Shown here in pieces: positions 34,914 through 44,804 of a stretch of 64,000 nt of DNA. Below the pieces are notes generated by a model. That model was not told the DNA's origin. It worked only from the letters and a program-made list of their open reading frames with translations, and did no database searches. The position numbers and the translations under genes are program-made. The stretch comes from Candidatus Harrisonbacteria bacterium. Lineage in GTDB: Bacteria > Patescibacteriota > Minisyncoccia > UBA6257 > 02-FULL-45-10c. The DNA is taken from contig JACROC010000002.1 in NCBI GenBank assembly GCA_016214655.1, positions 67,801 to 131,800 of the forward strand. Reading direction: 5' to 3'. Numbering within the stretch: the stretch's first letter is position 1; each line of letters opens with the position of its first letter.

Positions 34914-37196
34914 CTAAATCTCACAAACTCCGCTGACGCACGCCAATTCTTTTGACCCTTCGGTCTCATCGTCTTTTTCATAAAGAAGAATCTTGGCAAA
35001 ATCTATTTCCGGAAAAGCGGCAACTTTTTTCTTATAAGTTTCTTCATCTACTGCTTCGTATGGAGCAAGCACATAAACATGCTCTTCGCGCGGCAAAAAA
35101 GAAAGTCCGCCCAGCATATCCCAATTCTCATAAAGCCAATTAGCAACTTTAACCCACTCATCCTCCCCGACCGAAATAGTTACTGATGGATTATGCTCGG
35201 TATAATTCGTTTTTACTTTTCGCCAATATTCCAGCTGTTCAGCCGCGCTCAAATCCCTAAGAATAGAAGAATCTTTGGGAGCTGCCACTGGGAATTCTAT
35301 CACATAAGTCGTTGCTGCGCCTTCGGCCTGCCCAACCTCCGGAAAATAAGGAATTTTTTGATCGCGAAGCATATGGAACAAACTATCCGTAGCCGCAATC
35401 CTAATTCTTCTCAGATAATATTTGGCGTGCCGCGGATGCAGCCCGGAAGAAGCGTCAACCAACTGCGATACTGTTCCGGACGGCTTAACGCAAGTCACAC
35501 AAGTAGACGGAGTAATCCCAAACTTGGCGGCATACTTTTTATTTATCTCGATTGCCTTTTGCTTTAATTTCCTCAAAACCCTGTCTTTCCTTACCGCCTG
35601 ACAATCCCATTGTCCAGTAATGGAAACTCCGAGTAACCGCTCTTCCTCACAATGCTCTTTCCACTCTTTGGAAAGGAATTCAAAATTCGTAAGAGTAGAC
35701 TGATAAGTTCCCAAGATTGTTGCCAGCCGTATTTTACGAAGCAAAGTCTTTTCAGTGTCTTCTGATCTCGCAATTACCTCTGATAAATTGCAAAATTCCT
35801 TGGATTTTAAAACGATCTCTCCGCAAGGATTTGTACCGCAGGTAGCAGAATCTTTCTTAAAAACTTTCCAGCGCCGCTCTGGCAACTGCTTCTGCAAACT
35901 GCCGCGGTTAAAGATTCCCCTTTCTCCGGTGCCGCTTTTTGCCAGTGCCAGCCATTCTTCCATAAAATCTTTAGTTGATGGCTTATTATTGTAAACCGCG
36001 GAATTATTAGCCATAGCTCGATGAGGATTAGTTACATAAAACTGTCCTTGCTTAGCAGCCCGCATTTCCGAATCATCCAAATCGGAAAGGGAAATCAAAG
36101 CGCTCCGCCTGACACCGCCCATAACTACAATTTCTCCAATTTTACAGATAATATCATGTACATCTAAACTTCCGAGCCGCCCTCCTTGCCGGCTGAAAAT
36201 TTTATTTCTTGTAAAATTTAATAAATCCTGCAATGGCCTCGGACCAGAAGTCTTACCGCCCATAGTTTTTAACCGGGCGCCTTCCGGACGGATCTTAATA
36301 AAATCAAACTGCACGTCGCCGCCGTTAAACCAAGTTTTCAAACCGAAATAAAAAGCTTCCGCCCAGCCCTCTTTGCTGTCATCAATAACATGAACCGGAA
36401 CTTTCTTATGATTAGTCTGCCGCTTGATCTGCGGAAGCGCGTGGACATTCTGGTGTTCAACCGAAAAACCAACACCAGTGCCGCACATAGAAATATACAT
36501 AATCTCGGCAAAATCTCTCAACTTGCGCGGAGCAATAAAAGAACAGTTATACGCGGCGACATTAGACTTACGGGCTGCATCCCCGGCCGACCACATCAGA
36601 CGCATGGATGGCATGACCTCCTGCCTCAAAATTGCCTCCCGGATTTCCCTGTATTCTTTTTCCGAAAGTTTTTTGCCGATTTTTTCTTTCATAAAGTTCA
36701 TGAACCGGTCCACAGTTTCAATCCAGGTCTCGCGGCGGCCTTCTTTTTCAATCCAGCGCGAATACGACCGGTAATAAATAAATTCTGCCAGAGGATTTCT
36801 GAAATATTTTTTGCTCTCGGCTGCCAGATCCTTAACGTGCTCAGGAATTTCCCTGGTTTGTTCCCTTAGTTTAGCTCGCTCATTCCTATAAAGAATGTAA
36901 GCTTTGGCGGTCTGGAGAAAATCCATCAAAATCAGGTTCGTTTCCACGATATCTTGTATCTCTTCAATATCCGGATTTACATCCGGCGGCAAAATACCGC
37001 CCTTCATGTACTTTTTCAGTAAATCCTGGACGACCGCATCGGCAACCTTCTCCGCCGCATCCGGATTACCCTCTCCGGTAGCCATCATGGCTTTCAAAAT
37101 CGCATTTGTAATTCTTGCCTTGTCAAAAGGCACAAGCCGGCCTTCGCGTTTTCTGACATACCTGAATCCAACTTTTGATTTTACCGGAGACATCAT
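34914..37196 (-). CDS. nrdJ: Class II (adenosylcobalamin-dependent) ribonucleotide reductase with an N-terminal ATP-cone
   Basis: 'NPCGEIVLKSKEFCNLSEV' active-site region. The ATP-cone is 'VRKREGRLVPFDKARITNAI'. Confidence 0.8.
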   Translation of the reverse strand: MMSPVKSKVGFRYVRKREGRLVPFDKARITNAILKAMMATGEGNPDAAEKVADAVVQDLLKKYMKGGILPPDVNPDIEEIQDIVETNLILMDFLQTAKAYILYRNERAKLREQTREIPEHVKDLAAESKKYFRNPLAEFIYYRSYSRWIEKEGRRETWIETVDRFMNFMKEKIGKKLSEKEYREIREAILRQEVMPSMRLMWSAGDAARKSNVAAYNCSFIAPRKLRDFAEIMYISMCGTGVGFSVEHQNVHALPQIKRQTNHKKVPVHVIDDSKEGWAEAFYFGLKTWFNGGDVQFDFIKIRPEGARLKTMGGKTSGPRPLQDLLNFTRNKIFSRQGGRLGSLDVHDIICKIGEIVVMGGVRRSALISLSDLDDSEMRAAKQGQFYVTNPHRAMANNSAVYNNKPSTKDFMEEWLALAKSGTGERGIFNRGSLQKQLPERRWKVFKKDSATCGTNPCGEIVLKSKEFCNLSEVIARSEDTEKTLLRKIRLATILGTYQSTLTNFEFLSKEWKEHCEEERLLGVSITGQWDCQAVRKDRVLRKLKQKAIEINKKYAAKFGITPSTCVTCVKPSGTVSQLVDASSGLHPRHAKYYLRRIRIAATDSLFHMLRDQKIPYFPEVGQAEGAATTYVIEFPVAAPKDSSILRDLSAAEQLEYWRKVKTNYTEHNPSVTISVGEDEWVKVANWLYENWDMLGGLSFLPREEHVYVLAPYEAVDEETYKKKVAAFPEIDFAKILLYEKDDETEGSKELACVSGVCEI

Positions 37197-37275
37197 AAAA
37201 ATTAAAGTTGCTTAATAATTTAATTTTAGAATTTGCTCACCGCCAAGTAAATAGTTGCCTGTGGATAGAATTATA

Positions 37276-37300
37276 AAATACCCGCTTGCGGGTGTTTTAT
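37276..37300 (-). terminator. Terminator after ftsZ
   Basis: acccgc-ttgc-gggtgt hairpin, followed on the minus strand by attttat. Confidence 0.45.
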
Positions 37301-37317
37301 ATCTCATTTCCTATATT

Positions 37318-38439
37318 CTATTTCTTTTTCCGCCTCAAAAATGTCGGTATATCCCAGACATCAGAATCTTTTTTGTGTTCCGGTTTATGTTCCAGTTTCC
37401 TGGGTAATTTCGGTTCTTCGACAGTTGCGCCCTTGGCTAACAGCGGTTCAGGCTTTTTTTCTACCGGAGCAGTGAATAAATTAGAAAGTGAGGAGGGATT
37501 TTTTGTTGATGATGTTCCGCTGAATCCAGTTGCAATTAGAGTAACTTTAATTTGGCCATTTTTCATATTGCGGTCATGGTAAGCGCCAAAAATAATTTTC
37601 GCCGAAGGATCCACTGCTTCAGAGATGGTTTTGGCAATATCGTTAATTTCATTCATTTTCAAATCTTTAGCCCCAGAAACTCCGAAAAGTACTCCCTTAG
37701 CTCCTTCGATTGAAACTTCCAACAAGGGCGAATTAACCGCTTGGCCAACCGCAGTCATTGCCCGGTCTTGCCCTGAACCAAGTCCAATGCCAACCAAAGC
37801 AGTACCAGCATTTTCCATAATCGTTTTGACGTCCGCAAAATCCACATTTATGATTCCCGGCATGGCAATTAATTCGGCAATACCCTGAATCGCATCACGT
37901 AAAATATCGTCCACAATTTCAAAAGCTTTAACTAAAGTAGTTTCCTTATCAATAACGCTGAAAATCCGGTCATTAGGAATAACAATCAAAGTATCAACCT
38001 TATCTTTCAATTTCGTTAATGCCTCCTGGGCGATTCTTCCGCGCTGCGCTCCCTCAAAAGAAAACGGTTTAGTAACAACTGCTATTGTCAAAGCACCCAT
38101 TTCCTTGGCTGCCTCGGCAACTACCGAAGATGCGCCACTACCAGTACCGCCGCCCAAACCAGCAGTAATAAAAACTAAGTCCGCGCCCTTAATCGCTTCC
38201 ACAATTTCCGCTCTGGTTTCTTCCGCCGCCTGCCTGCCTAAATCCGGATTCATGCCAGTGCCAAGACCCTTAGTAAGATTTTTGCCAATATGAATCTTAA
38301 CATCGGCATGGCACAACTCTAAATCCTGAGTGTCGGTATTGATAGCAATAAAATCCACTCCCCTAAAAAGCTCCTTTCTCATTCTGGAAATCGCGTTGCC
38401 GCCGCCGCCCCCGACTCCGACAACCTTGATTTTCGCCAT
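37318..38439 (-). CDS. ftsZ: Cell division protein FtsZ
   Basis: 'VVGVGGGGGNAISRM' and 'GLGGGTGSGASSVVAE'. The start was set at MAKIKVVG with a GAGG RBS; the longer ORF runs to 38601. Confidence 0.85.
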   Translation of the reverse strand: MAKIKVVGVGGGGGNAISRMRKELFRGVDFIAINTDTQDLELCHADVKIHIGKNLTKGLGTGMNPDLGRQAAEETRAEIVEAIKGADLVFITAGLGGGTGSGASSVVAEAAKEMGALTIAVVTKPFSFEGAQRGRIAQEALTKLKDKVDTLIVIPNDRIFSVIDKETTLVKAFEIVDDILRDAIQGIAELIAMPGIINVDFADVKTIMENAGTALVGIGLGSGQDRAMTAVGQAVNSPLLEVSIEGAKGVLFGVSGAKDLKMNEINDIAKTISEAVDPSAKIIFGAYHDRNMKNGQIKVTLIATGFSGTSSTKNPSSLSNLFTAPVEKKPEPLLAKGATVEEPKLPRKLEHKPEHKKDSDVWDIPTFLRRKKK

Positions 38440-38488
38440 TTCATGCCTCAAACCCTCTTCGTTATTTTTTTTATTTTTAACAGCCATT

Positions 38489-39718
38489 TTACGGTAATAA
38501 ATTTTTAAAAAGATTTTTAACCCAAGAACCCACTCCGACCGCTTGGCCATCGCTGTACAGCCGGTCCCTCCCCCAAAGCAACAAGCCGATAGCGCCGACA
38601 AATTCCGGATCTTCGGCCTGGAGGCTCAATTCTCCGCTCGGCATCTCCAAAGAAGAAAGGTCTGGGATACCGATCTGCGCCGGCAAATCTAATTCCTCTT
38701 TCGCTAAATCTACTAAGCCGGGAATCTTTGACCCACCGCCTACCAGAACAACTCCTACCGGCAACTTTCCGGCCTTGCCTATTTGTTTAAGTTCATTATT
38801 AACAAATTCAAAAATTTCAGCAAGCCTCACCTGGATAATATCGGAAATAAACCGGCGGGAAATATTAGTTTTAGAATTCGGATCGATTTTTTTAAGATCA
38901 ATGGTTTCCCGGCCGGAAGCTCCGCGCGGAGAAGCCGAACCAAAAGTAAGCTTTACCGCCTCTGCCGCATCAACTGAAGTTTTTAAACCAATCGCTAAAT
39001 CATTGGTAATGTTTCCGGAACCAAGCGGAAAAACCGCCGCATGAATAAGCTTATTTTCTTCATAAACACAAAGGCTGGTTGTACCAAAGCCGATATCCAC
39101 CAAGGCGACGCCTAAATCTTTTTGATTTTTTGAAAGCACCGCTCTGGCGCCGGCCAACGGCGAAAAAATAAGCCCGCCCACAGTAGCGCCGGCCATTTCT
39201 AAACATTTAGTAAGATTTTTTACCGATGGCGCAAAAGCATCAATGATTAAACTGTTGACTTCTAATCGATTGCCGATCATTCCTAGCGGATCGCGAATAT
39301 CTCCGACTCCATCAACCACGAATTCCCTGGTAATGGCATGTAACACCATGCGGTTCGGCGGCAAATTAATCGCTTGCGACGCCTGAACTGCCCGGTCAAT
39401 ATCATCCTGATGAATTTCATAATCCGCCCTGGCGACAGCCACGATTCCTTTGGAAGATTGGGTGTGGATATCTCCGCCGTTAACATTAATAAAGATATTA
39501 CGGATAGCATTGCGAGAAAGCTTCTTTATCTCACCAAACATTACATTCAGCGCCCTGGTCATTTCCGCCAAATCATCAATAGAGCCCTTCCGCATGCCGC
39601 CGGACGGGGTTTTTAAAAGCTTAACTACAACGGTCTTGCCGTCTTTCCTGACCTCGGCAATGACGGTTTTTAAACTATTGGTGCCAATATCTAAACCAGT
39701 AATAAAATTATTAGCCAT
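38489..39718 (-). CDS. ftsA: Cell division protein FtsA
   Basis: 'ITGLDIGTNSLKTVIAEV' actin-like fold. Confidence 0.8.
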   Translation of the reverse strand: MANNFITGLDIGTNSLKTVIAEVRKDGKTVVVKLLKTPSGGMRKGSIDDLAEMTRALNVMFGEIKKLSRNAIRNIFINVNGGDIHTQSSKGIVAVARADYEIHQDDIDRAVQASQAINLPPNRMVLHAITREFVVDGVGDIRDPLGMIGNRLEVNSLIIDAFAPSVKNLTKCLEMAGATVGGLIFSPLAGARAVLSKNQKDLGVALVDIGFGTTSLCVYEENKLIHAAVFPLGSGNITNDLAIGLKTSVDAAEAVKLTFGSASPRGASGRETIDLKKIDPNSKTNISRRFISDIIQVRLAEIFEFVNNELKQIGKAGKLPVGVVLVGGGSKIPGLVDLAKEELDLPAQIGIPDLSSLEMPSGELSLQAEDPEFVGAIGLLLWGRDRLYSDGQAVGVGSWVKNLFKNLLP

Positions 39719-39735
39719 TAAAATAAAAGAGTGAG

Positions 39736-40137
39736 TCAAAAATTGCCACTTAATTGCTTAAGTAATCGCTTTTCTTTATTCTCCATCTTAATTCTATCAC
39801 TTTTTTTCTCATGATCATAACCAAGAATGTGCAAAACTCCGTGCACCAGCATCAGTGCCAAATCTTCTTTATGGCGCCTGATATAAATCGGGTCTAAATA
39901 TATCTCTCCAAGTTTAATCCCGGGAAAATTCTTCGGTTTTTGAAAAGAAAGCACGTTGGTGGGCTTATCTTTTCCGCGAAAACGCTTGTTAAGATTGCGC
40001 ATCCGCCGGCCGTTGATAATATATAATTCAATTTCGCCTTTTTTCGGCAAAAATTCCGATAGCCGCTTAGCAATTTTTAAAAGTGTCCTGTTAAATTTTT
40101 TAACCTGTTTATCCAAAATGATAACTGGCAATTCCAT
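39736..40137 (-). CDS. ybeY: rRNA maturation endoribonuclease YbeY
   Basis: 'HGVLHILGYDHE' zinc-binding motif. Confidence 0.8.
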   Translation of the reverse strand: MELPVIILDKQVKKFNRTLLKIAKRLSEFLPKKGEIELYIINGRRMRNLNKRFRGKDKPTNVLSFQKPKNFPGIKLGEIYLDPIYIRRHKEDLALMLVHGVLHILGYDHEKKSDRIKMENKEKRLLKQLSGNF

Positions 40138-40160
40138 GAAATTAATATAAATTATACCCC

Positions 40161-40190
40161 AAAAACAAAGGCGGCCATAGGCCGCCAAAA
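40161..40190 (-). terminator. Terminator after the pilin-like gene
   Basis: ggcggcc-ata-ggccgcc hairpin, followed on the minus strand by tttgttttt. Confidence 0.55.
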
Positions 40191-40194
40191 AATT

Positions 40195-40593
40195 TTAATT
40201 TAACTCTTGCACTTCCATAACTTCGTAACCGCTTTCTCCCACATAGACAGGCATAAGCAGCCACTGCCGATACTTCAGCCGAACTTTATTCCCCCTCTCC
40301 ATGGCCAGTGACAGCTTCTTCAAAACCGCTTCGCTCTTTTTATCCACACTGAAATCAAACGGAGCTTGAGTGGCAACCTGCTCTCCTTGCCCAACCTGAA
40401 GCTGAGCCTCGTGGGTTTTGAAAACCACACCCTTCACCGAAAGCTTGGTCACATAACCAACGCGCTCGCCAGTGGAATAATTGGGCATAACTCCGATGAG
40501 ATTAACCTTGGATAAAACCAGACTTCCCAAGATACCAACAATGAAAAGAATAATCATCAGTTCAATCAGCGTGAAACCCCGGCTCTTCTTCAC
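40195..40593 (-). CDS. Type IV pilin / pseudopilin (prepilin-type N-terminal cleavage/methylation domain)
   Basis: 'KKSRG|FTLIELMIILFIVGILG' class III signal. GTG start with RBS aggaggtgggga. Confidence 0.7.
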   Translation of the reverse strand: MKKSRGFTLIELMIILFIVGILGSLVLSKVNLIGVMPNYSTGERVGYVTKLSVKGVVFKTHEAQLQVGQGEQVATQAPFDFSVDKKSEAVLKKLSLAMERGNKVRLKYRQWLLMPVYVGESGYEVMEVQELN

Positions 40594-40680
40594 TCCCCAC
40601 CTCCTTTGGTAAGGTACGACTGGATAAATACTAACACAACGACAATAAAAAGTCAAAACAAAAAGCGCCCTCGCGGCCGC

Positions 40681-41313
40681 TTAGAAGATTGCAAGATCTT
40701 TTAATTCTGGCATTGATTCGATTATAAAATCCGGCTTCATTTTCTTTAATCTTTCGTGATCATGCAGTCCGCCGCAAAATGCAATACTTACACAGCCGGC
40801 GCTTTTTGCATGCCGCACGTCCCCTTCCTGGTCACCGACATAGGCGACCTCGCTAGCAGACAAATCAGCAGCGACCGCAAGATCGTGCAAGGCCTGAGAC
40901 TTATCCGAAACACTGCCGAAAATCTTGAAAAACAAACCATGAAGACCGTATTTTCCCAAAAGCGGCGCAGTGATCGTATTCTGTTGAGTACTTACGATAG
41001 CCAGCAATAATCCATTTGATTTCAACCACCCTAAGGTTTCTTTCAGTCCAACAGCAGGAGCCGGATGTTCTTGGCTCTCGTAGAATTCATTGTAAATCTT
41101 ATAAAGATCGTTATCGCTTGCCATTTCTTCGGTTATTCCGTATTCACGATAGATCCTCGTCCAAGGCTGACCAAACTTTTTCTGCAAAATTTCCAGCGGC
41201 AATAACGGCTTCCCGTACCTCGGGAAAATTCCATTAATCGCTTCCCAAAAAATCTTCGTATCGTCAAAGAGTGTCCCATTCACATCAAACGCCACTAGCT
41301 TAACTTTTTTCAT
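40681..41313 (-). CDS. HAD-superfamily hydrolase (subfamily IA-like)
   Basis: 'KLVAFDVNGTLFDD' motif I and 'YVGDQEGDVRHAKSAG' motif IV. Confidence 0.65.
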   Translation of the reverse strand: MKKVKLVAFDVNGTLFDDTKIFWEAINGIFPRYGKPLLPLEILQKKFGQPWTRIYREYGITEEMASDNDLYKIYNEFYESQEHPAPAVGLKETLGWLKSNGLLLAIVSTQQNTITAPLLGKYGLHGLFFKIFGSVSDKSQALHDLAVAADLSASEVAYVGDQEGDVRHAKSAGCVSIAFCGGLHDHERLKKMKPDFIIESMPELKDLAIF

Positions 41314-41372
41314 ATTTATTATTTTAATCCTAAAGCTACCTGCAGTATAGACCAATCCTTCTTTAAAAATCA

Positions 41373-41519
41373 AAAACCCGCGCAAGCCCGGTATTTTCTA
41401 GTGCTACACTATCATGCAGCTCTATGCTATAGCATAGAGCCGTTCTCATAGTACTATCCTACAAGATAGCACCTATCTATTTTTTAATTTAAAAAATAGT
41501 TCAACAAGCTTCGTCAAAT
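41373..41519. repeat. ~147-bp direct repeat, copy 1
   Basis: Identical over 139 bp to 42401..42539. It contains a 22-bp perfect palindrome gctctatgctatagcatagagc (41420..41441) and a 10-bp palindrome atagtactat. Confidence 0.85.
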
Positions 41520-41738
41520 AAATACCGGATGACCAATAATTGGCACGCGCATCGCAAGCGCAAAAGTCGTTATAAATAATATACCAACCGGAGTCATAAT
41601 AGCGGACCAGAACAACTTATCATAATCTTTCATTTCTCTAAATCTACCATCGCTCGTCTTATAACTAGCTTTGTACCAATTGGTACCTAAAAAGGATAAA
41701 AAAATTCCGGCCAGAAACAGAACCCACCATCCCATCAT
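41514..41738 (-). CDS. Small membrane protein (74 aa)
   Basis: Two predicted TM helices. Its 3' end runs into repeat copy 1. Confidence 0.4.
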   Translation of the reverse strand: MMGWWVLFLAGIFLSFLGTNWYKASYKTSDGRFREMKDYDKLFWSAIMTPVGILFITTFALAMRVPIIGHPVFI

Positions 41739-41837
41739 ATTTTAATTTTATTTTTGCAAACATCTAAAAAGAGATTACATCAAACAAAATATCCGCGCAA
41801 GATCCTCAATCAACCCAAAGTAGCCCAATATCGCATC

Positions 41838-41861
41838 GGCACTACACCGCGGTGTAGTGCC
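41838..41861. promoter_or_regulatory. 24-bp perfect palindrome ggcactacaccg|cggtgtagtgcc
   Basis: Read directly. It lies in the intergenic region upstream of the 74-aa gene. Confidence 0.5.
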
Positions 41862-41913
41862 ATCCCATAAGATACTGCTAATTTCTCTTCACGATTCAAA
41901 AATGAAAAACGGC

Positions 41914-42336
41914 TCATTGAGAGCCGTTGGCTTTCTCTAAACCACCCTTCAAAAATCTTATGTAATATCGAACCTCGGATAATTCTGAACAATCAGCAAG
42001 ATGAGTCATCAAATGCTTATAATCTTTTTCGGTCATCTTAGAGATATCTTCTGGCGGCTTTGGTGTTTCCTTAAATAATTTCTCCAGCTTTTCATCTAGC
42101 ATCTCTTCAATCCTAGTTTCCTTTAGATAAACTAAGAGTGCGTGCGCGCTTTTATGAGATCTGACATGATCTCCTATGCAAATAACAGCTAACGCAACCA
42201 ATCGCCCACATTCAAGCAAGTTATTATAATCCTGTAAATTACGCTTTTTTAATTCCTCCAAAATCAGCGCCAGCGCATCTTCCCTCTCAAATAATTTAAC
42301 CTGACCAGCCCAGTAATTCACCGATCCAGCTCCCAT
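41914..42336 (-). CDS. Hypothetical protein (140 aa)
   Basis: RBS gaggaggttaaATG. A terminator hairpin overlaps its stop codon. Confidence 0.5.
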   Translation of the reverse strand: MGAGSVNYWAGQVKLFEREDALALILEELKKRNLQDYNNLLECGRLVALAVICIGDHVRSHKSAHALLVYLKETRIEEMLDEKLEKLFKETPKPPEDISKMTEKDYKHLMTHLADCSELSEVRYYIRFLKGGLEKANGSQ

Positions 42337-42393
42337 TTTAACCTCCTCAAAAACTATTTATTCAAGAACTACCAAGTATTCTAAATTAGATAT

Positions 42394-42539
42394 AAAAACC
42401 GCGCAAGCCCGGTATTTTCTAGTGCTACACTATCATGCAGCTCTATGCTATAGCATAGAGCCGTTCTCATAGTACTATCCTACAAGATAGCACCTATCTA
42501 TTTTTTAATTTAAAAAATAGTTCAACAAGCTTCGTCAAA
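42394..42539. repeat. ~147-bp direct repeat, copy 2
   Basis: See copy 1; the only difference is a 1-nt indel at the 5' end. Confidence 0.85.
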
Positions 42540-42803
42540 CACAAATAGAAAATTGACTATATAAGAAACTGTTAATCCCAGTAATAACATTTTCCAGCTT
42601 CTCAACCAAACAGCAAGTAAAACCGGGAGCAATAAACTCAAATACCAATAATGAAACATCGGCTCGACAGCTCCCGAAAGAATGGCTAATACCATCCATT
42701 CCTCAGACTTATCAAATAATCTAATAAATGGTATACTGGATTTATGAACATCGAAAAATATCCCCTTTCTGCTCCTCGTAAAAATAAGAGTGATAGAGAA
42801 CAA
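42522..42803 (-). CDS. Small membrane protein (93 aa; possibly 58 aa from an internal Met)
   Basis: Hydrophobic helices. The 5' end overlaps the divergent GDPD gene by 60 nt, so one of the two starts is probably shorter. Confidence 0.35.
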   Translation of the reverse strand: MFSITLIFTRSRKGIFFDVHKSSIPFIRLFDKSEEWMVLAILSGAVEPMFHYWYLSLLLPVLLAVWLRSWKMLLLGLTVSYIVNFLFVFDEAC

Positions 42804-44108
42804 AAAACGAAGGATGATAGGGGCGCCTTCGAAAACTTAAAATATTTTACCCTTAATGAAGAAGAGGCAAAAATAATAATAGAAACAGAAAAGTATCCGA
42901 AATTTCTTTCCATAGAAGAAACGGCGCAAAAGATGAGGGAGGTTCTGATAAATTCACCTCATCGTCCAGAATTCGTTGCTGAGATGAATGGCGTACTCGA
43001 AAATCTTAAGAGGTCCGCTGAACTCCTTGAGCTCTCGTTTAAAAATCAGGCAGAATATAACCTTGTTGATAAACGATGGATGCGCCGACCTGATTATATG
43101 AAAGAAGCACTTGAAAAAGGGCGCCTTGCTATGGAGCTTGATGTGCGCATGGATAAAGATGGTGCGTTTTGGGTTTCCCATGCTACCGGCGCCCGCGCTA
43201 GTTTCACTCCGCCTTTTATTCATGAAATGACTACAGAGGAAATGGAGAAAAGGGGGAATCGTTTTACTGTCGAAGAGGCTCTACAAATATTTTCGGAATA
43301 TAACGACGGAAAGCATAAAATTATTCTTGAGCTTAAAACTCTTGGATCAGACGAAAAAAATTTTCCCAGAATTGTAGAAAATCTTAAAGCCTTGATAGAC
43401 AAAAATGGATTAAAAGACGCGATAGCCATATCTTCTCTTTCGCCTGGCCTGCTCATGTCTGTTCATAAAGTTTTTCCGGCAGCGCCCCTAATTCTGAATG
43501 GCGGAATTGTCCCCGGTATTAGTTATGAGCGGCCCCAGGAGCAACAAGGAATTACTGAAAAGGTAATGAATTATATTAAAAGAAAACTTATTCCGGCAGA
43601 TAAAAAATGGAGGGCATTTGGAATCAAACTTCCTTGGCTCGGAAAGCTTTCAGAAGTTTTAATTTCCGCCTCTGAAGAAACTGTTATCCGTCCTGACGGA
43701 GAAGGAACGCAGACTGGCTATGCTTTGATGCGCCTACCGGATGATCTGACTAGAGCATTTTTAGAACAGAAACAAGAAGGTCGGGAACTTGGGGGCATGG
43801 TTTCGCTTTCTGCAGTAACCATTTTTGCCAGCGTTCTTGATGCGGTTGGCGCATCAGAGAAAGCAAAAGAAATGAGGCAATATTATACCGAGGTAGTAGA
43901 TAGACTCGGTCTCGGGAAAATGGCTACGACATGGGGACAAGGATTAAGCGAAATACCATTTCTTGGGAGTACTCTTTTTAGAAAATTGGAGCCAAAAGAA
44001 CAAATAAGAGTTTTTAAAGAACAACTCGGAAAAGACACTATGGTCTATACCAAAGGTCCAGAAAGATTTGCGCACGAGCTTCCAGATTTTATTGCGACCT
44101 ATGAATAG
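42744..44108 (+). CDS. Glycerophosphodiester phosphodiesterase (GDPD) family protein
   Basis: 'RLAMELDVRMDKDGAFWVSHA' is the GDPD catalytic motif. Confidence 0.65.
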   Translation: MNIEKYPLSAPRKNKSDREQKTKDDRGAFENLKYFTLNEEEAKIIIETEKYPKFLSIEETAQKMREVLINSPHRPEFVAEMNGVLENLKRSAELLELSFKNQAEYNLVDKRWMRRPDYMKEALEKGRLAMELDVRMDKDGAFWVSHATGARASFTPPFIHEMTTEEMEKRGNRFTVEEALQIFSEYNDGKHKIILELKTLGSDEKNFPRIVENLKALIDKNGLKDAIAISSLSPGLLMSVHKVFPAAPLILNGGIVPGISYERPQEQQGITEKVMNYIKRKLIPADKKWRAFGIKLPWLGKLSEVLISASEETVIRPDGEGTQTGYALMRLPDDLTRAFLEQKQEGRELGGMVSLSAVTIFASVLDAVGASEKAKEMRQYYTEVVDRLGLGKMATTWGQGLSEIPFLGSTLFRKLEPKEQIRVFKEQLGKDTMVYTKGPERFAHELPDFIATYE

Positions 44109-44150
44109 ATTAATAAGTCCAATAAAAATATTCGCCGACAGCGAATATTT

Positions 44151-44591
44151 TTATCCCAACTTTTCTTTAACTGCCTCACTTATCATTTTCCCATCCGCCT
44201 TCCCTTTCAGTTCTGTCATAACCGCTTTCATCACCAAACCCTGATTGCTTTTATCAGCTAAACCAGTGAGTACTTTCTCTACTGCCACAACCACCTCTTC
44301 CCGCGACATCTGCTTCGGCAAATAAACTTCCAAAATGGCCAGTTCCTTTCTCTCATTATCCGCAAGATCAGCGCGGTCTCCCTGCTCAAATGCCAATACG
44401 GATTCCTTTCTCTTTTTAGCTTCTCGCATCAAAACTTGTGCCACTTCTTCTTCAGTCAATACCGCATCCTTGCCTTTCTCAATAGCTTTATTCTTCAATG
44501 ACGCATTAAGCATCCTTAAAACGCCGACTTTGTCGGCGTTGCCAGCTTTCATCGCTTCTTTTAAATCTTGGCTAAGTTTTTCCTGTAACAT
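44151..44591 (-). CDS. GatB/YqeY domain protein
   Basis: Typical YqeY sequence 'LKEAMKAG...LTEEEVAQVL...LEVYLPKQMS'. Confidence 0.75.
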   Translation of the reverse strand: MLQEKLSQDLKEAMKAGNADKVGVLRMLNASLKNKAIEKGKDAVLTEEEVAQVLMREAKKRKESVLAFEQGDRADLADNERKELAILEVYLPKQMSREEVVVAVEKVLTGLADKSNQGLVMKAVMTELKGKADGKMISEAVKEKLG

Positions 44592-44594
44592 AAC

Positions 44595-44804
44595 CTATAA
44601 CAGGCCTAATTTTTTGGCCCTTTCAGTTTCTTTCACTTTCTCAGCTCTATATTTTGCCGCCAATCTTAATTTATTGCGATTCTGGGAACGCTTATAAAAT
44701 CTCCGCTTTTTTGCTTCCTTTAAAATACCGCTTTGCTGAATCTTTTTAGAAAAGCGATATAAAAGCGAACTAATATTTTCTCCATCTTTTTTTCTAACTT
44801 GCAT
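44595..44804 (-). CDS. rpsU: 30S ribosomal protein S21
   Basis: 'KKRRFYKRSQNRNKLRLAAKYRA'. Confidence 0.85.
   Translation of the reverse strand: MQVRKKDGENISSLLYRFSKKIQQSGILKEAKKRRFYKRSQNRNKLRLAAKYRAEKVKETERAKKLGLL

Noticed and set aside
37197-37275. NrdR boxes upstream of nrdJ
   Set aside because: No tandem 16-bp NrdR-like palindromes were recognisable, and no nrdR gene is in the window.
41373-42539. CRISPR array or integron attC interpretation of the 147-bp repeats
   Set aside because: Only two copies were found, spaced 1 kb apart and far longer than CRISPR repeats. No cas or intI genes are in the window, and the attC-like idea is retained only as a hypothesis.
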